Below, one piece after another: positions 6,488 through 16,414 of a DNA stretch of 59,627 nt (within the stretch, counting starts at the first letter, position 1; each line of letters starts with the position of its first letter). The stretch covers positions 1-59,627 of the forward strand of contig CAZPEM010000002.1 of assembly GCA_964585575.1 (NCBI GenBank), in the 5' to 3' direction. Source of the stretch: an uncultured Chitinophagaceae bacterium. Its GTDB lineage: Bacteria; Planctomycetota; Planctomycetia; Pirellulales; UBA1268. The notes under the pieces are model-generated. The model was not told the DNA's origin and made no database searches. It saw nothing but the letters and a program-made list of their open reading frames with translations. The translations under genes were made by a program, and so were the position numbers.

Positions 6488-8859
6488 GTCTTGCCTCCCA
6501 CGGTTGTCTTCATGCGGTCAAGAATGGTGCCGTTGGCGTCGAGGACGACGACCACGGCGGGTTTCGATTCGAGACTGTCGTCGGCGACGACCATCGCGGC
6601 CTCATCCTTCTTGGCGTCGTAGGCCTTTGGGCCGCCCACGATCGTCGAGGCTGGATCACGGTCGGCGAGTCGAAGGTCCACGGAGGTGGGCGACACGCCA
6701 CCACTGACGGTCACGCGGCACCGCATTCCGGCCCAGCGGAGGTTCGTGATCTTCGCCGTCTCCAAGGGCCCGAGCCGCTCCACGAGCAGCTCCGGCGTCA
6801 CGCATTCCTGCGGGCTCACGCCACCGTGGGCATAGGCCTCGTTCGCGCGAAACGCTCCCGCCCCCGGCGGCGTGGCCACCCGGTCGGCGTCGTTCCAGTG
6901 CCAGCCGACCACCGGCACCGTCACCTGTGACGAGCCTTTGACGGCCGCCGCGCGGGACCATTTCGATTCCACAACGGACTTCGGCACATCCACCTTCGGC
7001 AGGCCGCCGGGCACGAGCAGCCAGCCGTGGTCGGTAACGATCCGCACTCGCGACCAGCCCGCGTCGAGCAGGTCGGCCACTCGGCGGGCGATCCGCTCCA
7101 CCTGTTCGTCGAGCGAACCGGCCAGTTCCACGCCGAGCTTGTGGCCCAGCTCGTCGATCCGGCCAACTTCCGTCCAGCCGCCGCGGTCGGCCGCAGCGCC
7201 AGCGGTCTCGTCGGGGCCGAGGACCGCCACGCCCAGCTCGCCGAGGACGCCGTGCAGTTCGCTCGTCGTGGCGGGTTTTGATCCCGCAGCCGTGCGCACC
7301 TGCGGCAGGAATGTCTCGGGCATCGGGCCGCCATGAATCGAGCCGTAGCCGCTCGTCGATAGCGGCATCACGGCGGACTTGGCCGTGGCCGTCACGCTCG
7401 GCAGCGGCGCGATCCGGTGGCCCAGCCGCGCCACGAGCCCGCGGGCCTCGAGCTTTTCCTGGAGGGCCACGGCCACGTCGAACCGCAGCCCGTCGGCGAA
7501 CACGAGGCACTGTTCCCGCTCCGCGGCCACTGGCGTGACGAGCGCGGCGATCGCCAAACCACCCGAGCAGACCGACTGGAAATGCGCCGCCGTCTTGTCG
7601 AGCCATGGCAGGTAGACAGCCCGCACGACCTGGCCCACGAGTTCGGCATCCGGCGACCGCTGGGCGACGGCGAGGGCCCGCATCGCGTGGCGGTCCACCT
7701 CCCAGCCGTCCTTGGCGTAGGCGCGGGCGATCGTGGCCACGTCGGGGCCGCCGAGCGGTGATGTGGCAACGGCCGCCAGTTTCGAGAGCGGCACGAGCAC
7801 TTCGGCAAGCAGGCTCTCGCCGAGTTTCGCCCATGGGCGGTCGAGCCGCTCGCGGTGCTCCCGGTCGAGTTTCACGACGGCGGCGCAGGCTTCGGCGTGC
7901 GGCAGACGGAGAAGATCGCCAAGGGCCTTCCGCAGCGTTGTCTCCGCCTGGAGATTGCTCCGCGGGCTGCGGTCGAGGCATTGAATCGAGAACTCATGTT
8001 CCGGCACCGCGGCCATGAGCATCTGCATCTTGGGATACGCCTGCGGGGCGTCAGCATAGCGGCGCCAGATCGGATCCCACGCCGGCTCACCGCGGGCCAT
8101 GCACCGCGCCGCGTCGGCGGGCGACTGCTTGGCCGGATCGATGCCGTACTCGCGGGCCATCTTGCCGACGAACGTTTCGAGCGCCGCTGGGTCAGATTGT
8201 TTGGCCTTGCGGTACTCGGCAGGCTCGGCCATCCACGCGAGAATCTCTCGCTCGATGTCGCTGACGGAAAGCGACTCGAAGAAGCCGACGTCGAGCCGTC
8301 GCCCGGTCAAAGCCGCCAGCGGCTCGTCGGCGAGCCGGTCAATCGCCCGGAGCATGGCCTGCTGGCTGGCAGCGTCGCGGGCTACATCGAGATCGAGGGC
8401 GTCTTTGCTCGTCAGGAACGCGTCGATCGTCCAGTCGCGGCCGTTCCGCTGGTGCCACACCTTCCCGCGGTACTGGAGTTCCACGAGCGGCTGATGGAGG
8501 ACAGGACAGTCGGCCCCGGCCCGCAGGTCCTGCCGCGCCACGCCCGGCAGGTAGAGGATCGGGACGGTGCCCACGGGCGGCGAGTGGTCGGGGAGCGTAC
8601 GGGCGACGGCGCAGACGAGCCAGATGGCCGGGCCGACGTGGTCGTCGGGCGCGAACGTGCCGAGTTTATAGAGATGTGGCACGCGGCCCCGCAGCAGCGC
8701 CACGAGGCTCTTCCACTGGCCCTCCGCGTCGGGCCAGAGGATCGCGGCGGGCGGCACCTCGCCGTCGGGCGTGGAGACGAGCCGCGCGAGCGAGTCGAGC
8801 ACGGCCTCGGCAAGCGTGCCCGCGGTGGTGGATTTTCCGGTGGTGGTGGCCGTGCTCAT
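6484..8859 (-). CDS. pglZ: BREX-1 alkaline-phosphatase-family protein PglZ
   Basis: 791 aa. Position between pglX and brxL. PglZ-like central domain (FADGLRFDVA...). ATGA overlaps at both ends. Confidence 0.88.
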   Translation of the reverse strand: MSTATTTGKSTTAGTLAEAVLDSLARLVSTPDGEVPPAAILWPDAEGQWKSLVALLRGRVPHLYKLGTFAPDDHVGPAIWLVCAVARTLPDHSPPVGTVPILYLPGVARQDLRAGADCPVLHQPLVELQYRGKVWHQRNGRDWTIDAFLTSKDALDLDVARDAASQQAMLRAIDRLADEPLAALTGRRLDVGFFESLSVSDIEREILAWMAEPAEYRKAKQSDPAALETFVGKMAREYGIDPAKQSPADAARCMARGEPAWDPIWRRYADAPQAYPKMQMLMAAVPEHEFSIQCLDRSPRSNLQAETTLRKALGDLLRLPHAEACAAVVKLDREHRERLDRPWAKLGESLLAEVLVPLSKLAAVATSPLGGPDVATIARAYAKDGWEVDRHAMRALAVAQRSPDAELVGQVVRAVYLPWLDKTAAHFQSVCSGGLAIAALVTPVAAEREQCLVFADGLRFDVAVALQEKLEARGLVARLGHRIAPLPSVTATAKSAVMPLSTSGYGSIHGGPMPETFLPQVRTAAGSKPATTSELHGVLGELGVAVLGPDETAGAAADRGGWTEVGRIDELGHKLGVELAGSLDEQVERIARRVADLLDAGWSRVRIVTDHGWLLVPGGLPKVDVPKSVVESKWSRAAAVKGSSQVTVPVVGWHWNDADRVATPPGAGAFRANEAYAHGGVSPQECVTPELLVERLGPLETAKITNLRWAGMRCRVTVSGGVSPTSVDLRLADRDPASTIVGGPKAYDAKKDEAAMVVADDSLESKPAVVVVLDANGTILDRMKTTVGGKT

Positions 8860-11800
8860 GCGCGGGCTCCCGCGGGTTTGCCACCGGTGGCCTTGGCTCG
8901 CGCGGCTTCCTTCGCCTTGCGGGTGTAGTGCAGGTCGTTGTGCCGCTTGCCGTCGAACTTCGTGCCGCCGGTGAAGTCGGCGGTTTCTTCATCCCACGAC
9001 CAAAACCACGGGAACTGGTCCTTGGGGCGATCGGGCTCCGTGCCGCGGTCCTTGTCCCACTTGATGCCGGGCGCGGCCCGCAGGATGCACGCCTTCTTGG
9101 CCTTCGCCCCGAGCGGCCGGGCGGTCATGAACGGGCGGATGTTGAGCCGCACGCCGTCGTTGATGTCGGGATCCCAGCCGATGGGCTGTTCGGCGAGGGG
9201 CTTCCAGCGGACGAAGATGTCGAACGGCGGCTCGCCCTCGATGATCTTGGCGAGCTGCTCTTGGAGGTGGACGGCGGCCGCCACGCGGGCGTCAGCGCCT
9301 TCTGCACCCGCGGCCTGCTGCGCCTTCTGCCGCGTGATCCAGTCACCGAGGTACTCGTAGGCGATCTTTTCGAGCGTGCGGCGGCCTTCGCCGTCGGGGC
9401 CGACGAGCCGGTGGTAGTTCACGAGGCAGTTGAAGCCGTCTCGCAGGCCATCCCAGATGTGCCAGACGAACGGCCGCTGGTGGAAGAGTTTCAGGTGCTG
9501 CTCGAAGAATGAGTCGCGGAGCCAGTCGTCCAGCGTTTCGCCCGCCGCTTCCACGTCGGCGAGCAGCTTGTCGCGGAGGTCGGCGGACCAATCGGTGCCA
9601 TAGGCGTCGGCAAGGAGCGCGAGGAGTCGGTCGGCCGCTGTCGGCTCGCCGCGGACGCTAGATAGGCAGACGATTCCATCGGCGTCCGCATGGGGCTCGA
9701 GGCCATCGGGGCCGAGGGCCGGGCAGTCTGGGAACTCCGAGCCGGTCTGCCGCGGCCACCGGTAGCCGATGAGACGGGCGACGGCGACGTGGAGCGGGTT
9801 GTCGGACTCCTTCGGGTGGCCGTTGAAGATCCACTGAGTGGGGTCGGCAGTTACTGGGACTGGAAGACCGCTGGGGTATCTCTCATCCGCGACTGACTGC
9901 CAATGCTCGTAGTCAAACGGAACCTTGAGCAACGTCTTCGGAGCAAGTTTCAACGAGTTGTCCAGTCTCCGGACATGGTCGCTGAACTCACCGCTCTCAC
10001 AGAAACACCACACTGCGGCGAGAGCCGACTCCGACTTCGGCACGATTGCGCTTGCATTCACGTCATATCTATCACCTGAATAAACGCTGCACGCCGCCGT
10101 TCCCATGAGTCCAACGACTACCCCACGCTTTCCCCAAAACGGTTTGCCCGCCCTCCAGTTCTGGGCAGCATGGTTCAGATGGCGGACGCTCTCCGCCAAA
10201 GCCGCAAGGGTGCCACATTCGTTCTCCCAACGAACGATCTGGTCACGCCCGCCGAATAGGCACGTCGTCGTTACGGCGGTCTGCACTGATTCCCAAACAG
10301 TGCCGAAGTTTTCAACTTCCCACATACACCGGAAGAACTGGTTGAGGTCCCCGGCATGCAACCCACTCCGTGCGTCGGCAAATTCGGCGAGCGTAGAGGT
10401 CGAATCAACAACGGCTGTCACGAATCGGATGTCCGGGTTGCCCCGGATATCGTCTGCGCTGACTACAGTCACAGCCCCGTTTACACACTCGTTGCAGTTA
10501 TCTGTGACAGAGCGATTACGGCTGCCATCGATGAACCCGAATTCACCAACGGGTTCTGTGACACCGGAGAAAATCAACAAGGCGGGATTTGCGCGTAACG
10601 GGGTTGAGAATGCGTTCCACCCCAGTCTGACAACTGCGTAGAGCTGGGTCTTATCCAGGAAGTGCTGTCGGTATTCGCGATATGGCCCGAGATACAACCA
10701 CTCCCCCAGGGTCACCAATGCTGCCGTTCCTGCTCCTGCAAGCAGGTGCCGGACTCGCTCGACAAATATGGTCGCAAGGTCCAGTTTTGCGACTTCATAC
10801 TTGGATTCCGCAAGTGATTGCATCGGGGTGGGGTGCTTACCGATTCCCAAATACGGCACATTCGTCGCCACAAGCGTGAACTGCCGCCCCAGAATCTCCG
10901 CCGCCTTCGCAACACCGCGGGCCGTCACCGTCATCTCGTGCTCGGCCTCGTCGCCGCCCTCCTTCGCAAGGGCCTTCTCCAGGATCGGCTGCAGCTCAGC
11001 GAATGACGCCTCGAACGCCGCGTAGCCTTCGGCCCGCGGGTTGATCAGGCTGCCAAGCACAGGGGCGTCCTTGAAGAGCCCGTGGAGCCGCCGCATGCCT
11101 TCTTCGATCTTGTAGTTGCCCTCGGCCAGCGCAACCCACTCGTCCTCGGTGGCGTTGGGGGCGAGGCCTGAGCAGGCGATGTGCATGGCGGGCAGGGGGC
11201 AGTGGCCGATGCGTCGCCAGGCCGCGAGCGCGAGGTTGAACGCGCCGATCTGCGTGCAACGCGGGTCGATCTCAAGGCCGTAGAGGTTGTCGCGGATGAC
11301 GGCTTGAATCGCCGCCGTCTCCGAGAGCCCTTCCTCCACCATCCGCATCGGCACGAGCCGCTCGAACATGGCGACAACAAAATGGCCGCTGCCCATGCAG
11401 GGGTCGAGGCAGGTGAGGTCCTTGGCGGCCTTGGGCCAGCCGTCGAACGTGCCTGCGGCGGGCCGCCACGTGCCGCTCTCGTCCGCAATGAACCGCAGGT
11501 AGGCCCACGGCACACCGGCGAGCGACACGGCCTTGCGGAGGTCGTCCTCGGTGGTGGCGGACGCGGCGAGCGACGGATCAGCCGCCAGCTTCTTTCCTGC
11601 CCACCACGCGCCGAGCGTGTTGTCGAGCAGGAAATCCACCATGTAGTCCTCGGTGAAGAGCTGCGTGACGGCGGGCAGCTCGTCGGCGCCGATCTTCACG
11701 CCCGAGTCGTTCACCGCGTCCTTCTTCTCCGCCTGCCAGAACTGGTAGCACCAGCCGAGCGAATCGGAGGCGGTGAACACCTCGGTGCCGAGGTCGGCGA

Positions 11801-12299
11801 CGATTCTTTCCAGTTCGAGTTGATCCTCACGGGCGAGTGCCACGGCGAGCACCGGATCGTCCGCTCGGAAAATCTCGGGCAGCATCGTCTGGGCGAACCG
11901 GCTGGCGAGCATCCAGACGTCGGTGCCACGCTCCTTCGCCAGCTCGCGGCAGGTGTCGAGGCTGATGGCCACGCCGGAGTCGGGCTCGATAAGGAGATCG
12001 TTCTCGGCGAGGAACCGGGCGAAGAGCATCCGGTGCCAGTGCTCGTAGGCGACTTCGTGGACGAGCCGAGCGGTTGCCTGTTTTCCTGTTTTGGCGTCGA
12101 GGGCGTCGCCCAGCTGCCGGCCGCGGGCGCGGAGCTTCACGCGGAGGGCCCGGTCGGCGGTCGGCTGGCCCGACCAGGGCTCGTGGCTGCCGACGGCGAG
12201 CGAGTCGAGCGCCTTCGTGGCGGCCCGCTCGGCGACCCGGCGGGCAGCCTTCACGGCGTTTTCGAGGTTGCGGCGGAGCGTGCGGTCGAGGGGTGGCAT
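8856..12299 (-). CDS. pglX: BREX-1 N6-adenine DNA methyltransferase PglX
   Basis: 1147 aa. SAM motif I LDPCMGSGHF. Catalytic motif IV variant NVPY (TLVATNVPYLG). Size and position are typical of PglX. Confidence 0.92.
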   Translation of the reverse strand: MPPLDRTLRRNLENAVKAARRVAERAATKALDSLAVGSHEPWSGQPTADRALRVKLRARGRQLGDALDAKTGKQATARLVHEVAYEHWHRMLFARFLAENDLLIEPDSGVAISLDTCRELAKERGTDVWMLASRFAQTMLPEIFRADDPVLAVALAREDQLELERIVADLGTEVFTASDSLGWCYQFWQAEKKDAVNDSGVKIGADELPAVTQLFTEDYMVDFLLDNTLGAWWAGKKLAADPSLAASATTEDDLRKAVSLAGVPWAYLRFIADESGTWRPAAGTFDGWPKAAKDLTCLDPCMGSGHFVVAMFERLVPMRMVEEGLSETAAIQAVIRDNLYGLEIDPRCTQIGAFNLALAAWRRIGHCPLPAMHIACSGLAPNATEDEWVALAEGNYKIEEGMRRLHGLFKDAPVLGSLINPRAEGYAAFEASFAELQPILEKALAKEGGDEAEHEMTVTARGVAKAAEILGRQFTLVATNVPYLGIGKHPTPMQSLAESKYEVAKLDLATIFVERVRHLLAGAGTAALVTLGEWLYLGPYREYRQHFLDKTQLYAVVRLGWNAFSTPLRANPALLIFSGVTEPVGEFGFIDGSRNRSVTDNCNECVNGAVTVVSADDIRGNPDIRFVTAVVDSTSTLAEFADARSGLHAGDLNQFFRCMWEVENFGTVWESVQTAVTTTCLFGGRDQIVRWENECGTLAALAESVRHLNHAAQNWRAGKPFWGKRGVVVGLMGTAACSVYSGDRYDVNASAIVPKSESALAAVWCFCESGEFSDHVRRLDNSLKLAPKTLLKVPFDYEHWQSVADERYPSGLPVPVTADPTQWIFNGHPKESDNPLHVAVARLIGYRWPRQTGSEFPDCPALGPDGLEPHADADGIVCLSSVRGEPTAADRLLALLADAYGTDWSADLRDKLLADVEAAGETLDDWLRDSFFEQHLKLFHQRPFVWHIWDGLRDGFNCLVNYHRLVGPDGEGRRTLEKIAYEYLGDWITRQKAQQAAGAEGADARVAAAVHLQEQLAKIIEGEPPFDIFVRWKPLAEQPIGWDPDINDGVRLNIRPFMTARPLGAKAKKACILRAAPGIKWDKDRGTEPDRPKDQFPWFWSWDEETADFTGGTKFDGKRHNDLHYTRKAKEAARAKATGGKPAGARA

Positions 12300-12324
12300 G
12301 GGTGATAGTGGCTTCCGGTCAGGA

Positions 12325-15300
12325 TCAGGAGACGAGCACGGGGCCCTTCTTCACTTCCTCGAGCAGGTGGCTCTCGGCCCGCTTCGCCCACTCGCGGACC
12401 TCGGCGTCGGTGCGGAGCGTGGTCTTCTCGATTGCCACGCTGCGGGCCGTGGGCTCGACGGCCGCTGCGGCCTTGCGGAGGGCCTGCCCGGCCAGGGTGG
12501 GCACAGCGAGGGCGGCGTTGCGACGCGACTCGATGGGCCGCTCGGTGAGGGCCGCGGCGATGGCGGCGTCGGTGGAGACGTCCACGGCGTCGGGCTCGCG
12601 GAGACCGACCTCGGCAAGAATGGCCGTCTGCTTGTCGGACGGCAGCCGCGACCACACGGACGACGACGCAAGCTGCTTCACCTCACGGTCGAACGTCTGC
12701 CGGTGGTCCTCGTGCGTCTCCTTGAGCCGCTTCCGAAGAATCTCGGCAATCTTGCTGCGGATGGGCGGCAGCGGGTCGGTCGCGTCGAGGAGCAGGCGGC
12801 CGGTGCGGACCGCCTCGATGTCGGCGTTGATCGTGGCGGCGCCCGGCTCGTTCTTGGCGTGGCCGAAGAGCTGTTGGAGGTCGTCCCAGGCGGCGAGCCG
12901 CGTGCTGGCGAGGTCGGCCAGCTTGGGCCACGCGTCGGCCGCGGCATCGATCTCGGCCCTCTTGGCAACCATCTCAGCAAGCATCTCGACGCCGGTGAGC
13001 CGCTGGATGTCTTCGATGAACACGACCGACTGGGCCGCGGGCAGGGGCTCTTCGCCGCCGGTGCGCCGCCCAATCTCGGTGAGCTTCTTCAGGAAGTCGG
13101 CGGCGAGCGGGCCGTCTTCGTCGTTGCTCTTGGGCCTGAGGCCGAGCTTCGCGAGCGTGCCCCGGACCTTGAGCCGGTCGGACATCGGGATCGTCTTCGT
13201 CTCGCGGGTGAAGCTCGTCTTGGTGATCTTGTTCTGGTCGAGCTGCTTGTGGGTGATGGGGGCGTTGTTGAGCTTGGCCGACAGGTGGCCTCCCCCGACG
13301 AGCACCACGAGGGCCGCGTCGATCGCATCCTTCGGCCAGCCGTAGGGCGGGTCTTGGAGCTGCGAGCGGACGTCACTACCGGTCGCGCCGGTGGCCGTGC
13401 GATTGAGCACCTCGGCACAGACGGGATGGGACTCGGCGGCCCCGGAATAGCCCACGGCTTCGAGGGCCTTGTCATGGTCTCCCTCCTTGGCCCGCTTCAT
13501 GACGACGTCCCAGGCGCCCTTGTCGGCGGCCGAGAACTGCGGGAACTGGCGGACCACGGCGGCGTCAGCTGCGGCCTTGAGCTTCTCGGACAGCGTGGCG
13601 AGGAGCTGCTCGTTGCCACCCCCCAGCCAGACCTTCGCGGAGCCGACGATCTCGCGGACAAGCCGGTCGCGGTTGGCAGTGGCGCTATCCCGGAGGCTCG
13701 TCATCGCCCGCATCGCCTCCTGCCCCTCGGCCTCCGATTGGGGGCCGTAGGTTTCGAGGGTGCGGGTGGCCGCCTCGGAGTTCACGATCGCCGTCTTGAG
13801 TTCCTCGGGGAACGCCTTGGGGATGAACGAGTAGATGAGCGACGACGTGGCCCCGGCCTTGCGGGCGGCGGAGGTGATGTCTTTCTCGGCGGCCGCCCAG
13901 CCGTCGCGGACCCAGACGGTGAGGCCGCGGCCCCCGGGCGTGGGCGGCGTGGCGTCGCGATTGGCGGCCAGATCCCGCGGCTCCTTCGGGAGGCCTTGGA
14001 CGATCCGCACGCCCCGGACGGCTTCGTCGATCGCGGCGTAGAGCAGGTTGTTGCGGATCTCCTGGATCATCGGCTCGCTGCCGCGGATCTCCTGCTGCCT
14101 CTTGCTGTAGGTGGCGAGCCACTCCTGGCCGGCCCGGGTCTGCATTCGGTATTCGTCGTCCACCTTCATGAGCAGGCCGGCCTCGACGAGCTTTTCGAGG
14201 GCGTCGGCGACCTTCTGGCGCAGGACGTGGTTGTCGGCGGCCAGGTCGCTGACGAGCAGGTCAGCGATGTGGGCGGCGGAAGCCCGGACGCCCAGGTCGG
14301 CTCCGAGGTTGGTGGGCAGCTTCGAGATCAGGAACACGAGGCTGGCGATCCGTTTGGCGAGCTTGGCGTCGGCGGTGCCGGGCATGCCCAGCTCCTCGAT
14401 CCGCTCGTGGATCTCGCGGAGCAAGACGCCCGTGCCGAGCATGTAGGCCTTGAGTGAGTCGTAGAGGGCGTCGGCCGGGATCACCGCGGTGACGGGGGCG
14501 GCGGCGAGGTTGCCGACCGCGTCGTGGATGATCGAGAGCTGGGACCGCAGCTGGCTCTTCGTGCCCGCGGCGTCGATCTGGCGGAAGCACTCCTCCCAGA
14601 ACCGACGCCGCACGGGCAGCAGCGGAAAATCATCGATGATCGTCTTGTCGTCGGTCGAACGCGGGCCGATCTTCGTGCCCTGGAGGTGGCGAGCGATCTC
14701 GCCGCCGTGCGCCTCGATCGTGGTCTTCACGGCGGGGATCGCGGCCGGCTTCTTGCGGAGCGACACCTTGCGGGTGACCGTCTCGACGTCGGTGTCGGAG
14801 AGCGGCACCTTCACGACGAATCGGTCCATCAGCTTGTGGAGCAGTTCGACGTCGTTGAGGGCCTGCTGGCCGGCGGCCACGAGCAGCACCCGGCCGTCGA
14901 ACTGCTTGGTGAGGGCCTCGGCCAGCTCGGTAAAGATGGTCGAGCGGTCGTGGGAGTCGCCGATGTATTGCTGGGCCTCGTCGAGCAGGATCACCGTGCA
15001 GGGGAGCTGCTCGGGGTTGTTCGAGTGCTGGGCGGCGTGGCGCAGGAGCACGTCCCTGGCCAGACCGACGAAGTCGGTGGTCGTCAGGTCGCCGGTCTGC
15101 TCCTGGAACTGCTGCTTGAGGGCCGCGCGGACCTCGGCCTCGCTGGGGGCGAAGTGCTTGTCCCACGCGATGATGGCCTTGCGGATGCGGGTGCTGACCC
15201 AGAGGTTGGCCAGTTCCTTCTCCCACGTGCCGCCGTTGGCTTCCACGTGGCCCTTCACCTTCTCGAGCGCATCCTCGCGTTCGAGCCAGAGGACGAACCG

Positions 15301-15813
15301 GGCGACCGGGTATTGGTCCGGCAGGCCGGCGGCGCGGAGGATCACGCCGAGCACCGTCTCGCGGACACGGTCGTGCGAGCCGGCGAGCAGGGTGCCGGCG
15401 GCGGCGAACAGCCCGCCGTAGCGGCGGCCCGCCTGGTCGAGCTCGGTGAAATGCGCGCCGATCTCCTTGGGCATCTCGGGGACGATCCCGCGGGCCGTGG
15501 CGCCGTCGGTGAACGCCGTGTTGGCCCAGAGGTGGGCGAGCATCTTGAGCAGGTGGCTTTTACCGCTGCCGAAGAAGCCGCTGACCCAGACCGCCTTCTG
15601 CGACGAGTTGCCGAGGTTGCCGAGGTATTCCGAAAGGATGCAGTCGAGCCCGCGGGCAAACTCCCCCTCGCAGACGAACATCTTCAGCTCGCCGCGGAGC
15701 TCGGCCACGACCTTTTCGTCGGTCTGGTCGGCGAGCCGGGCCTGGCCGTTGTTGACCAGCGGCTCCCGGGACGGGTCGATCAGGAGGATGTCTTTGATGG
15801 TGGCCATGCTCAT
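12325..15813 (-). CDS. brxC: BREX P-loop ATPase BrxC
   Basis: 1162 aa. Walker A GFFGSGKSHLLKMLAHLW. Sits between brxB and pglX. Confidence 0.88.
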   Translation of the reverse strand: MSMATIKDILLIDPSREPLVNNGQARLADQTDEKVVAELRGELKMFVCEGEFARGLDCILSEYLGNLGNSSQKAVWVSGFFGSGKSHLLKMLAHLWANTAFTDGATARGIVPEMPKEIGAHFTELDQAGRRYGGLFAAAGTLLAGSHDRVRETVLGVILRAAGLPDQYPVARFVLWLEREDALEKVKGHVEANGGTWEKELANLWVSTRIRKAIIAWDKHFAPSEAEVRAALKQQFQEQTGDLTTTDFVGLARDVLLRHAAQHSNNPEQLPCTVILLDEAQQYIGDSHDRSTIFTELAEALTKQFDGRVLLVAAGQQALNDVELLHKLMDRFVVKVPLSDTDVETVTRKVSLRKKPAAIPAVKTTIEAHGGEIARHLQGTKIGPRSTDDKTIIDDFPLLPVRRRFWEECFRQIDAAGTKSQLRSQLSIIHDAVGNLAAAPVTAVIPADALYDSLKAYMLGTGVLLREIHERIEELGMPGTADAKLAKRIASLVFLISKLPTNLGADLGVRASAAHIADLLVSDLAADNHVLRQKVADALEKLVEAGLLMKVDDEYRMQTRAGQEWLATYSKRQQEIRGSEPMIQEIRNNLLYAAIDEAVRGVRIVQGLPKEPRDLAANRDATPPTPGGRGLTVWVRDGWAAAEKDITSAARKAGATSSLIYSFIPKAFPEELKTAIVNSEAATRTLETYGPQSEAEGQEAMRAMTSLRDSATANRDRLVREIVGSAKVWLGGGNEQLLATLSEKLKAAADAAVVRQFPQFSAADKGAWDVVMKRAKEGDHDKALEAVGYSGAAESHPVCAEVLNRTATGATGSDVRSQLQDPPYGWPKDAIDAALVVLVGGGHLSAKLNNAPITHKQLDQNKITKTSFTRETKTIPMSDRLKVRGTLAKLGLRPKSNDEDGPLAADFLKKLTEIGRRTGGEEPLPAAQSVVFIEDIQRLTGVEMLAEMVAKRAEIDAAADAWPKLADLASTRLAAWDDLQQLFGHAKNEPGAATINADIEAVRTGRLLLDATDPLPPIRSKIAEILRKRLKETHEDHRQTFDREVKQLASSSVWSRLPSDKQTAILAEVGLREPDAVDVSTDAAIAAALTERPIESRRNAALAVPTLAGQALRKAAAAVEPTARSVAIEKTTLRTDAEVREWAKRAESHLLEEVKKGPVLVS

Positions 15814-15836
15814 GGCGAACCTCGGCGGGTGGAGGG

Positions 15837-16400
15837 CTACTGGGAGTGCTGGTTGCCGGCGTGGGTGATCGGGACGGCGAGGTAGTTCCAGCCGTCGCGG
15901 GCGTCGAGGAGCCGGTAGTTGTTCTGCTCAAAGTGGCCGGGGAAGAAGATCGCCAGGCGGCCGCGGATCTCCCGCTCGACGTCGCGGACCACCTGCGAGA
16001 CGCGGGCGAAGCCGAACAGGCTGCCGACGCCGAAGAGGGCGACGACGGAGCTGTCGGTCACGTCCGCCGCGGTGAGGGCGGAGCGGACCTTGTCGGCGAG
16101 GACGCCGACGAACTCCGATTCGAGCTTGAGGCCGAGGTCCTCGGGGGCCTCGAAGTAGGCGTCGCGGAACTCGTCGGCGGCGATCCAGGCGGCAAATGCG
16201 TCGGAGAGGTCGAGCTCGTGCCAAGCATGGCCAGCCGCGTCGGTGGCGGTGGCGAACAGCTGGCGGCGGGCCCGGAGCATCCGCTCAGCCTCCTTGTCGT
16301 AGACGACCATCAGCACCCGCTGGGCGCCGGCCACGCCCCGTTCCCAAGGCAGGGCGATGTGCTTGGCGTAGTGGTCGGCGAGTTCCTCGATACGGCTCAT
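15837..16400 (-). CDS. brxB: BREX protein BrxB (DUF1788)
   Basis: 187 aa. VLMVVYDKEAERMLRARR ... FFPGHFEQNNYRLLDARDGWNYLAVPI matches the DUF1788 signature. Confidence 0.85.
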   Translation of the reverse strand: MSRIEELADHYAKHIALPWERGVAGAQRVLMVVYDKEAERMLRARRQLFATATDAAGHAWHELDLSDAFAAWIAADEFRDAYFEAPEDLGLKLESEFVGVLADKVRSALTAADVTDSSVVALFGVGSLFGFARVSQVVRDVEREIRGRLAIFFPGHFEQNNYRLLDARDGWNYLAVPITHAGNQHSQ

Positions 16401-16414
16401 GGGTGGCTACGCCG

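Noticed and set aside
5009-6622. 537-aa plus-strand ORF opposite brxL. Similar long antisense ORFs: 7855-8928, 11181-12305, 12091-14457, 14524-15885, 15846-16640.
   Set aside because: Each lies antisense to a BREX gene with strong motif support. Their translations are Arg/Gly/Ala/Pro/Val-rich with no motifs, which is typical of open antisense frames in high-GC DNA.
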